Source of the DNA: an uncultured Phycisphaerales bacterium
GTDB lineage: Bacteria; Planctomycetota; Phycisphaerae; Phycisphaerales; SM1A02
NCBI GenBank assembly: GCA_949373145.1
Contig: CASICI010000008.1
Location: 63,078-127,077 of the forward strand
Length of the DNA stretch: 64,000 nucleotides
Direction of reading: 5' to 3'
The notes beneath the pieces are model-generated. The model searched no databases and was not told the DNA's origin. It saw nothing but the letters and a program-made list of their open reading frames with translations. Within the stretch, counting starts at the first letter, position 1. Each line of letters opens with the position of its first letter. Positions 19,031 through 25,034 of this stretch are shown in pieces. Made by a program: the position numbers and the translations under genes.

Positions 19031-21127
19031 GTCACCGGACTCACGCTTGACGACCAGCTCGATGCGCCAGCCTGCAAGCACACCGGGGTTGTCTTCAGCC
19101 TCATCGGAAATCTTGAGCGTCCACTTGCCGGAGCCGTTTCGACCGGCGAAGACGGGAGACATGAGTTGCTTGGGAACGAAACTGAAATCGTTTCGAAGAT
19201 CCTGAGTCACATCACTGAAGGGCGCGCTGGGGCAGAAATTCCGCTGGCCATCGTCCCTGAAGCGGAAGATGCCGTTGAAGTGCCATGTCGAGCCGCAGTC
19301 ATCCGAGATCAGCGCGGAACGCTGCTGGGAATTTTCATCGAGATGGAAGAGCTCGATCTTCAGTTCTTCAGCCCAGGTCTGCTGGATGTCGTCGATGTAG
19401 AGCCTGACCTCGACGATTTCACCGACGGTTGTAGGAACGTCGATCACACTGAGGAAGGAACCGAAACCATCGGGGATCGCTCCGCCTTCTCCGCTCATCC
19501 TGATGATGCGTTCATCACATTCGACCGCCTGGCATTCATCTGGAATGCCGTCGTTGTCGTCGTCTTCGCTGAGTCCGAGTTCGATGTCCAGCGCATCATC
19601 GATGTCGTTGCCATTGCAGTCGATGTCGAAAGGAAGAGCGTTTCTGAGTTCGTTGATGTCGGAGAGACTGATCACACCATCGAGATCGAAATCCGCCACG
19701 GCGCAGGGATCATCGGGGGTGACGGACGAGCCGAGGCATTCCAGGGCAAGTGCGAGGTCCGAGGAGTCGAGATCGTTGTCTCCGTCCATGTCGAATTCGC
19801 GTTTGCCGAGAGACTCGAGGAACTCGACGATCTGGACGCGTCCCTCCGGCTCGAGATCATCGAATTCACGACGAGACCGGTTCGCCTCGCCACGATGGAC
19901 GTCGACCACCTCGACGATGCGATCGAAGAACGAAGGCGATGCAGCACGTCCATCGTGAAGCAACCTGGTCCGATTTCGCAGATTCCAAAGCGCTGGCGTA
20001 CGAAAGTGCGAATCAGTGGCGATGCCATCGATGATTCGGTCGCGCAATCGACTTCCCATGTCGTGCAGGAGCAGGTCGCTGTACGGCTTGATCGTCTTGC
20101 TTCGAAGAGCATCTTCAAGACCAGGGTCGTCGGAAGTCACCCAACTCGGTCGGTGGCAGCCGGCACAACCGATGTCGATGAACAACTGCTCTCCGGTCAT
20201 CCCGGAGGGAGGCGTCTGCGGCGGGGCCGCCAGAAATCTCTGGAAGTCATTCACTCGAGCGAGGAAGGAATCGGGATTGGTTCTCGGGTCGGGCAGTTCG
20301 GGATCAGGGACCGTGTCGCACGCGAAATTCGGACCATCCGGTCCGTTGGGAAGACTCTCAAGAGGCATGAACGGACTGGTCAGGCCGAGTTCTTCCTTGG
20401 AAGCTCCGATGGAAAAGGTGAGCACCGTCGGGGCCTGGGATTTCCAACCGAATCGACCGACTTTTTCAACTGCGCCAGGCTGACCGACGTCTTCTCGTGG
20501 CATGACCATTCGTGCGAGACCACGGATGCCGTCGCCGTCCAAGTCTTCGGGGTCCGCGCCCGCGATGATTTCATCCTCGGGGATCGCTTCGATCAGACCG
20601 TAGCCGAGTGTGCCAAGAGTCAGACGAGGTGTCACCACGTTCGTGAACGCCGGCACATCTTCGGGACCACACGCGAGATCGACCCCGGGGATCACTTCAG
20701 ACTGCAGCACCGGACCACCGAGATGTTCCAAGGGATCGAAGGTGTTGTCTGCAAAACGACCGAAATTGATGACCGTGATCACACCCGCGCCACCCAGAGG
20801 CTGGGAATGACAGGCGCCACAGAAGCGCTTGTTGTAGATCGGACCAAGCCCCTGCTCGACCGTCACCGGCGTGCTGTACGCCACCAACCCACTCTCGAAA
20901 CGAGCAAACTCTTCAGGAGAGAGACCGGGGAGAGGATCTCCCGCGATGGGCTGAAGTGTTGGCGAGTTGGAATCCTGGGGTGCGGAATTGGCCTTGGTGC
21001 TGCAAAATCCTGCGAAAACAAGCGCGAAAAGCATGACCACTGATTGGAAGCATCGGCTGAAGGCGGAGGAATGACCCCTGGCTCTACCCGCAGAAACGAT
21101 GGAAGTGTTGTCAATTCTTTCGAACAT
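10544..21127 (-). CDS. giant secreted or cell-surface protein: DUF1111-type di-haem domain, P-domain-like module and about 84 thrombospondin-type-3-like Cys/Asp repeats
   Basis: An uninterrupted 3527-aa ORF with a hydrophobic N-terminal segment (VVMLFALVFAGFC). Two CXXCH motifs (CGACH, codons 103-107; CAGCH, codons 321-325) sit in DUF1111-like context: RFGWKSQ, PYSDLLLHDMG, FRTPALWNL, LLHDGRA, HRGEA...FLESL. P-domain-like ending GKWTLKISDEAEDNPGVLAGWRIELV. From residue 737 onward there are 33-aa units of the form CGCGvaDtDtDgDGTaDClDgCPdDvlKteaG. Confidence 0.9.
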   Translation of the reverse strand: MFERIDNTSIVSAGRARGHSSAFSRCFQSVVMLFALVFAGFCSTKANSAPQDSNSPTLQPIAGDPLPGLSPEEFARFESGLVAYSTPVTVEQGLGPIYNKRFCGACHSQPLGGAGVITVINFGRFADNTFDPLEHLGGPVLQSEVIPGVDLACGPEDVPAFTNVVTPRLTLGTLGYGLIEAIPEDEIIAGADPEDLDGDGIRGLARMVMPREDVGQPGAVEKVGRFGWKSQAPTVLTFSIGASKEELGLTSPFMPLESLPNGPDGPNFACDTVPDPELPDPRTNPDSFLARVNDFQRFLAAPPQTPPSGMTGEQLFIDIGCAGCHRPSWVTSDDPGLEDALRSKTIKPYSDLLLHDMGSRLRDRIIDGIATDSHFRTPALWNLRNRTRLLHDGRAASPSFFDRIVEVVDVHRGEANRSRREFDDLEPEGRVQIVEFLESLGKREFDMDGDNDLDSSDLALALECLGSSVTPDDPCAVADFDLDGVISLSDINELRNALPFDIDCNGNDIDDALDIELGLSEDDDNDGIPDECQAVECDERIIRMSGEGGAIPDGFGSFLSVIDVPTTVGEIVEVRLYIDDIQQTWAEELKIELFHLDENSQQRSALISDDCGSTWHFNGIFRFRDDGQRNFCPSAPFSDVTQDLRNDFSFVPKQLMSPVFAGRNGSGKWTLKISDEAEDNPGVLAGWRIELVVKRESGDCDENGLDDACDLDSDFDGVIDACDDCPDDSSKVDLGQCGCGFSEIDTDGDGTADCLDGCIDDPAKVAPGLCGCGLSDADSDGDGTLDCDDLCPLNSEKIEPGVCGCDFAEGDADGDGVLNCDDICPGSDDAVDEDLDGVPDGCDQCVGADVDSDGDGVSDCIDGCIDDPFKSEAGLCGCGVSDIDSDGDGTLDCLDDCPVDPNKIEVGICGCGVLDSDFDEDGTLDCFDGCPFDQNKIEPGGCGCGLLDLDSDGDGAFDCVDDCPDDPLKSDPLFCGCGVDELDTDGDGIPDCVDGCPDNVNKIQPGACGCEILDIDTDGDSFPDCIDACPEDPAKTTPGFCGCGLVDVDTDSDGTLDCNETCPFDPNKTEPGICGCGIPDIDSDGDGSPNCIDSCPFDADKTQPGLCGCSAPETDSDSDGAPDCIDACPDDPTKISLGECGCGVADIDTDFDGVPDCLDECVTDPDKSLAGSCGCGVSEVDSDADGTPDCLDDCPADSAKIDPGVCGCGVSEEDFNGDGQPDCEDQCPDDPDKVVPGVCGCGVADVDTDLDGTFDCNDDCPDDPTKILAGLCGCGVSEADSDADGTPDCNDECPEDVDKILEGICGCGVSDADTDDDGTVDCNDDCPTDAAKILAGECGCLVADDDTDGDGTLDCVDGCPLDPLKIVSGVCGCGFEDLDPDGDGTVECDDQCPDDPTKILPGACGCGVPDTDTDSDGTADCLDACPDDVLKTEAGSCGCGVSETDTDSDGTADCLDGCPEDLLKIEPGDCGCGVADTDTDGDGTADCLDGCPDDAAKVAAGTCGCGVSDADSDGDGTFDCNDECPDDAAKVAAGTCGCGVSDTDSDGDGTFDCNDDCPDDPDKTTEGECGCSVSEIDTDLDSIPDCLDDCPEDPFKMLEGLCGCGIPETDTDLDGTVDCLDDCPNDPLKASAGLCGCGVSDVDSDSDGTIDCLDECPSDPLKVFAGDCGCQIPEIDSDGDGTANCIDLCPFDSTKIDPGTCGCFLPETDTDDDGSPDCVDECPIDPLKSIAGDCGCGTEDLDTDTDGVSDCLDGCPEDVLKTEAGECGCGVSDTDTDGDGTLDCVDGCPEDLLKIDAGICGCGIADLDTDADGTADCVDECPDDPGKILVGTCGCGVEDLDSDSDGTFDCVDGCPEDVLKTEAGDCGCGIADTDTDGDGTADCLDGCPDDLLKTDAGECGCGIADADTDGDGTLDCVDGCPEDVLKTEAGECGCGVSDTDTDGDGTLDCVDGCPEDLLKIDAGICGCGIADLDTDADGTADCVDECPDDPGKILVGTCGCGVEDLDSDSDGTFDCVDGCPDDLLKTEAGDCGCGIADTDTDGDGTADCLDGCPDDLLKTDAGECGCGIADTDTDGDGTLDCVDGCPEDVLKTEAGECGCGVSDTDTDGDGTLDCVDGCPEDLLKIDAGICGCGIADLDTDADGTADCVDECPDDPGKILVGTCGCGAEDLDSDSDGTFDCVDGCPDDLLKTEAGDCGCGIADTDTDGDGTADCLDGCPDDLLKTDAGECGCGIADADTDGDGTLDCVDGCPEDVLKTEAGECGCGVSDTDTDGDGTLDCVDGCPEDVLKTETGECGCGVADIDTDGDGTLDCVDGCPEDVLKTDAGACGCGIADLDTDSDGTADCVDECPNDSSKILAGDCGCGEIGTDTDGDGTADCTDQCPDDVLKIEPGDCGCGVADIDTDSDGTADCIDECPTDVLKTVPGDCGCGVADTDTDGDGTLDCVDGCPDDVLKTEPGDCGCGLADVDTDGDGTLDCVDACPDDVLKIEAGLCGCGVAELDTDSDGTFDCLDDCPADPAKVLAGDCGCGVADLDSDSDGTADCIDGCPDDVLKSDAGDCGCGVADTDTDLDGTADCLDGCPDDVLKTDAGECGCGVADTDTDLDGTADCLDGCPDDVLKTDAGECGCGVADADTDGDGTLDCLDGCPADVLKTEAGDCGCGVADTDADSDGTADCLDQCPNDVSKTEPGDCGCGVADTDTDADGTADCIDGCPADVLKIDAGDCGCGVAETDADSDGTADCLDQCPDDVSKTEPGDCGCGVADTDTDADGTADCLDGCPDDVLKTEAGLCGCGIAETDTDSDGTADCLDDCPDDVLKTEAGLCGCGIADTDTDSDGTADCLDDCPDDVLKTEAGLCGCGIADTDTDADGTADCIDDCPEDVLKTEAGDCGCGVADTDADSDGTADCLDQCPNDVSKTEPGDCGCGVADTDTDADGTADCLDGCPDDVLKTEAGACGCGVAETDTDSDGTADCLDGCPDDVLKTEAGLCGCGVADTDTDGDGTADCLDDCPEDVLKTEVGDCGCGVAETDTDSDGTADCLDDCPDDVLKTEAGLCGCGIADTDTDADGTADCLDDCPDDVLKTEAGLCGCGIVDTDTDADGTADCVDGCPDDVLKTEAGLCGCGIADTDTDADGTADCVDGCPDDVLKTEAGVCGCGVADTDTDADGTADCVDGCPDDVLKTEAGVCGCGVADTDTDSDGTADCVDDCPDDVLKIAVGACGCGVADTDSDADGTADCLDDCPTDPLKTLPGACGCGIADLDADADGTADCVDECPGDPLKSVAGACGCGVSDADTDSDGTLDCFDDCPADPLKITPGDCGCGAPDLDSDSDGTPNCLDECPFDEAKVLPGACGCFVPETDTDSDGTPDCLDDCPVDFEKTSPGTCGCGVSDDDSDADGTPDCDDDCPGDPTKVVAGTCGCGVPDSDSDADGTLDCNDECPLNADKVVAGACGCDVIETDTDLDGTADCVDECPEDPSKILAGLCGCGIADTDTDSDGTADCLDDCPDDASKVTAGACGCGVLDADTDW
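14270..15872 (-). repeat. higher-order repeat: a 495-bp block (5 x 99 bp) in about 3.2 near-identical tandem copies
   Basis: The string aaccatcgacgcagtcgagggtgccgtcgccatccgtgtc recurs at 14281, 14776, 15271 and 15766, with an exact 495-bp period. The protein shows the same 5-unit block three times (GCPEDVLKTEAGECGCGVSDTDTDGDGTLDCVDGCPEDLLKIDAGICGCGIADLDTDADGTADCVDECPDDPGKILVGTCGCG...). Confidence 0.85.
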
Positions 21128-21140
21128 TGAAGCGACCCCA

Positions 21141-21159
21141 GATGCGTCTCAAACGCATC
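21141..21159 (-). promoter_or_regulatory. 7-bp stem hairpin in the 5' leader of the giant gene
   Basis: gatgcgt-ctcaa-acgcatc is a perfect inverted repeat ending 13 nt upstream of the ATG at 21127. Function unknown. Confidence 0.3.
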
Positions 21160-21178
21160 CGCTGAAATCCCATTGAAA

Positions 21179-21599
21179 ATGAGAGATCAGGTGTCTCGTG
21201 CCTGCCTTCAGAAAGCATGCACCCAACAGCCGCTCAACATCTTCATCTCAAATTAGAAGGAAGCACATTGCCCCTCCTTATTTGAATCACCTATGGCCTA
21301 AAAAAACTCTTGCCGACAATGACCCACTTCGCAGGCCTCCTACGCCTGTGAAGTTCAACAAGAGTAGCCGGTGGAGCTTGGTGGTTGAGGAAACTCGTCG
21401 TTCAAAAAAGAAGATGTGAACAACGACCCCGACTCAAATGACTTAAAGTACTTTAAAAAAGACACTTAGAGTATTTGAAACAGGACCCATCCAGTCATGT
21501 ATTGAAAAGAAAAGTTCAATCTGATGGCTGGAAATGGTTTTTTCAGTGGCCTGTCGGCCGTGAAAGGGCTGATGATCCCCGGGGAGATGAGAGATCAGG
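21179..21599. repeat. 13-bp exact direct repeat (atgagagatcagg) bracketing an AT-rich, roughly 395-bp intergenic segment
   Basis: Copies at 21179-21191 and 21587-21599. The second overlaps the stop codon of the yhaM-like gene. The intervening DNA is visibly AT-richer than its surroundings. Confidence 0.5.
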
Positions 21600-22620
21600 A
21601 CAGCAAGGATGGATCCGGTCGATAGATCTTGGTCTCAAGCGCCCAGATCTTTTCACTGAAAGTCTGCCCCGGCTTGAGATTCGCTCGATCCGCGGCAGAC
21701 AGTGCCATCGCCGTCTTCGCGTCAAGATTGTCCAGCTGCGAGACGAAGATCGCTTCCGGAGTCGAGGGCAGAACGGGTGAGCCGTACTCACGCTTGCCAT
21801 GATGACTCAGAATGATGTGCTCGATGCAGTGCCGCAGAGGAAGAGGAAAACGCTCGCCACTCAAAGCCTGCTCGGCGACCTTGATCTTCACACCGAGCAA
21901 TTGAACACCGAAGACGATGTGCCCGACGAGGTTGCCGGTCAAGGTGTAGTCGAAGCCGCGCTGCCACTGAAGTTCGTAGCCCTTGCCCAGGTCGTGAAGG
22001 AAGAGTCCGATGAGAACGAGATCACGATTCAAATCGGGATAGAGCGGCAAGGAGGCATCGGCGATCTTCAGGAGTTGCCGGGTGTGTTCGAGCAGGCCGC
22101 CGATGAACGCATGATGCAGCGCCACCGCGGCAGGCGCCTGTCGAAAACGACGCATCAACTGATCATCATCGAGATAACTGTCCACCAGAGCGCGAATCAT
22201 CGGATCCTTCACGGATCGCATGATGCCGCAGACTTCCTCGAACATCATCGACACGTCCTGCGTGGTGTGCGGAAGCAGAATCGCGAGGTCGGCATCATCA
22301 GGTTCGTAGGACTTGATCTCTTCGATCTTGAGCTGGATCTGATCCTTGTAATTCTCGGTGCAGCCCGAGATCCAGGCGTACCCGGTACGAGTGATCTCTT
22401 CAGCAGCATCGGGGTCGATCGACCACAGTCGAGCGGAAATCTGCCCGGTCGCATCACGGACGAGACACTTGAAGTACGGAGAACCATCACGCTTCGGAGC
22501 CACCTGCGGATTGACCAGTGAATAGGCGCCGTCGACACGGGTCCCTGAAGTCATGTCCGAAATATTGAGGTGGTAACGTCCGTCCGAGTATTGAGCCATT
22601 TGGTGAGGCCTCCTGTTCAT
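21595..22620 (-). CDS. OB-fold plus HD-domain protein, YhaM-like 3'-5' exoribonuclease family
   Basis: 341-aa ORF. The N-terminal OB-like region is followed by HD-domain motifs HHAFIGGLLEHT and LFLHDLGK...SHHGKREYGSP. An alternative start at Met8 is possible. Confidence 0.7.
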   Translation of the reverse strand: MNRRPHQMAQYSDGRYHLNISDMTSGTRVDGAYSLVNPQVAPKRDGSPYFKCLVRDATGQISARLWSIDPDAAEEITRTGYAWISGCTENYKDQIQLKIEEIKSYEPDDADLAILLPHTTQDVSMMFEEVCGIMRSVKDPMIRALVDSYLDDDQLMRRFRQAPAAVALHHAFIGGLLEHTRQLLKIADASLPLYPDLNRDLVLIGLFLHDLGKGYELQWQRGFDYTLTGNLVGHIVFGVQLLGVKIKVAEQALSGERFPLPLRHCIEHIILSHHGKREYGSPVLPSTPEAIFVSQLDNLDAKTAMALSAADRANLKPGQTFSEKIWALETKIYRPDPSLLS

Positions 22621-22632
22621 GGAGGAGTGTAC

Positions 22633-23535
22633 TCAAGATCCTGACTCGAACACGGCGATCGCAGCGGGAACTGCTTGAAGAAGTTCACGAGAAAGAAGGC
22701 GGCGTGTGCCACGGGAATCACAGACTTCCCGTGCTGCCAAGGCGTGAACCCGCACCGCAAGCGCGGCGGCTTCGAAGAGGCCGAGGGCCTCGGGAAATTG
22801 TGCCGCGAATCCCGCACAAAGCCCGGTCAGGACATCCCCGGACCCCGCGGTTGCCAGAGCGGGGTCGACGGTTGGTTCGACGAACGCCCGCAAGCCGTCG
22901 CTGACCACGGTTTCGGCACCTTTGAGCACCACGACCACACCAAGCCGCGAAGCCAGAGATGAGGCCGCATCAAGACGCTCCTCAGGCGAGCGCGGGGAGG
23001 GGCGAATGCCAAGGCGTTCGGCCAACCTCTGGTATTCCCCGGGATGAGGGGTGAGAATCGCAGGCGCACGAAAATCGGATTGGACCGAATCGGTCAGGGC
23101 CAGGACATTCAATGCATCGGCATCCAGAACGAGTCGGTGCGATTCCCGACTGATGAGTCGCAACACGATCTGACGCTGCGCTTCACCCACGCCGAATCCG
23201 GGGCCGACCGCCAGGACCCGGGCGGCACTCATGTGATCGTCGATACGCACCGCCGCGTCCGATGCGATGGGCGCACCGCTTGCCGTGACCGGCAGAGTGA
23301 ATCCAGTCGCCTCCGGGACGAGTTCGAGAATGCTTGGCAGGATTGGCTCGGGTGCTCCGACGATCGCGAGGCCGCATCCGCTGCGAAGAGCGGCCTCGGC
23401 GGTGAACGCGGGCCCACCGACCATCATCCGTTCGCCGACCGAACCGCCGATGACACCGACGGAACCGAAGGTTCCCTTGTGGCCACGTGGCTCACGCGCG
23501 GGCAGGGATACGGACGAGATCATTTCGAGAGTCAT
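22633..23535 (-). CDS. nnrD: ADP-dependent NAD(P)H-hydrate dehydratase (YjeF C-terminal domain family)
   Basis: Motifs HKGTFGSVGVIGGS, TPHPGE, VLKGAETVV and GSGDVLTG. 4-nt overlap with the upstream gene. Confidence 0.8.
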   Translation of the reverse strand: MTLEMISSVSLPAREPRGHKGTFGSVGVIGGSVGERMMVGGPAFTAEAALRSGCGLAIVGAPEPILPSILELVPEATGFTLPVTASGAPIASDAAVRIDDHMSAARVLAVGPGFGVGEAQRQIVLRLISRESHRLVLDADALNVLALTDSVQSDFRAPAILTPHPGEYQRLAERLGIRPSPRSPEERLDAASSLASRLGVVVVLKGAETVVSDGLRAFVEPTVDPALATAGSGDVLTGLCAGFAAQFPEALGLFEAAALAVRVHALAAREVCDSRGTRRLLSRELLQAVPAAIAVFESGS

Positions 23536-25034
23536 CGGTCGTCACCTCTTTCATCAGTCGTCTTTTCATCAAGCACCAGACCATCCACGCAGATCACCTC
23601 CACGCGCATGCGACCGAGCAGCAGAAGCATTTCAGACAGAGCGCGCTCACCGGTTCCACCTTCGAGCGAACTGGTCGACACCAGAAGATGCCCGGCATCG
23701 AACCGATTCTTCCGCGTGGCATCGAAGTCCCACCAGATTCCGTCGATGAGGACCTGGGTCCACATGTGCCAGGCGAAGGCACCATGGTCGAACCCCGCCG
23801 CAGGTGCGTGCACGAGACCGGTGGCGATGCGAGCGGGCAGACCCGAAAGCCTGAAACCGGCGGCCAACAGGACGGCGTGCTCCGTGCAATCACCGGAACG
23901 CGAACGCAGGGCGTCGCTTGCACTTCCAAAGGCGACACCGAAGGTCTTGTTGGAGATATGTCGAGCGACGGCGACTCGAAGACGATCACAGGCTTGCAGA
24001 GAGGTGTCGGCCGGCGTGCTTTCAACTTCGCGAAAGAACCGACGAACCCCGGGGTCATCGATGTCGATGTACGCGGAAGCCGAACGTAACGCGGGATCCG
24101 CGAGTTCCTTCGCACTCGCGGATGAACCACTGGCGGCATCGATCGTCACTTCGAACCCACCGGACCGGAGTTTCCTGATGTGCTGCGAACCGGCATCGGG
24201 AAGTACCCATGGGCGATCGGTCTCGAAGAACACCCGATATCCGGCGGTGACCGCGTCATCGGTCCGACCGATCATGTTTCGTATGGGGACCAGCGTGGCG
24301 TCGAGAAGTTCCGGCGGAGGGGCGTTCAAGGCTTCGAGTGCGGTCTCTCGATCGACCAGTTCGATCGTCATCATGCCCAATCCGACGTCGGCGACACTCG
24401 AGACGAGGATGCCTTCGGCAGTACGGAGTTCCTCGGCCAGAATCGAGGAACCGTCGGACTGCATGCGCCATCGTCCCAGCTCGAGTGTTCGTCCGAGCAC
24501 GTCACGACGCACCGATCCGGTGCGAGTCAGCTCGATCTGAAGCAGTCGCATGCCGGCGTAGGGATCCAGAGTTCGATAGGTGACGCGGGTCGCCCCTGCC
24601 GCGATGCGAGCCTTGAGAAACCCACGGACTTCGGCGGGTGTGAGCCAGGCGTCATTCACGTTCTCTCGAGCAGTTTGCACTCCGCTCTCGGGCGAACGAT
24701 CCCGAGGATGTCCCTCGGGAAAGTCATACTCGTGACGCACGGGGCGACCACCGGTGTCGACGCGAACCGTCGCGAAAAGTGGTGTGCCACGAAGGTCCTC
24801 TTCGAAGGTGGTGCCCTGACTCAATTCGACCACGGTGCCCCCCCGATCGATTCGAAGGTGTTCCAGGGACTCGGTGCGGACCCGAGTTCCGCTTTCGACC
24901 ACGGTTTCGTGAAGATAGCCGCAGGGAGCGTCTCGAATCGTGATCCGGTACCAGAGATCCTGTTCGTTCGAGCCGAAGAACGAGGCGGAGATCGTCATCG
25001 CCCAGGCGACGACGAGGCTCAGCCCGACACTCAC
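23532..25034 (-). CDS. transglutaminase-like superfamily protein with N-terminal signal or anchor
   Basis: C-terminal core SGDCTEHAVLLAAGFRLSGLPARIATGLV...FAWHMWTQV...WWDFDAT, a Cys-His-Asp transglutaminase fold pattern. 4-nt overlaps on both sides. Confidence 0.7.
   Translation of the reverse strand: MSVGLSLVVAWAMTISASFFGSNEQDLWYRITIRDAPCGYLHETVVESGTRVRTESLEHLRIDRGGTVVELSQGTTFEEDLRGTPLFATVRVDTGGRPVRHEYDFPEGHPRDRSPESGVQTARENVNDAWLTPAEVRGFLKARIAAGATRVTYRTLDPYAGMRLLQIELTRTGSVRRDVLGRTLELGRWRMQSDGSSILAEELRTAEGILVSSVADVGLGMMTIELVDRETALEALNAPPPELLDATLVPIRNMIGRTDDAVTAGYRVFFETDRPWVLPDAGSQHIRKLRSGGFEVTIDAASGSSASAKELADPALRSASAYIDIDDPGVRRFFREVESTPADTSLQACDRLRVAVARHISNKTFGVAFGSASDALRSRSGDCTEHAVLLAAGFRLSGLPARIATGLVHAPAAGFDHGAFAWHMWTQVLIDGIWWDFDATRKNRFDAGHLLVSTSSLEGGTGERALSEMLLLLGRMRVEVICVDGLVLDEKTTDERGDDR

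Noticed and set aside
10481-21043. Very long ORFs in other frames and on the opposite strand of the giant gene, for example 10593-13988 (1131 aa), 12401-15943 (1180 aa), 13992-16958 (988 aa), 11473-13869 (798 aa) and 18116-21043 (975 aa).
   Set aside because: These are shadow ORFs. The 99-bp repeat happens to lack stop codons in several frames. Their translations are monotonous Ser/Pro/Gln, Arg/His or Ala/Val/Gly strings that simply mirror the repeat, whereas the minus-strand frame gives recognisable domains from start to stop.
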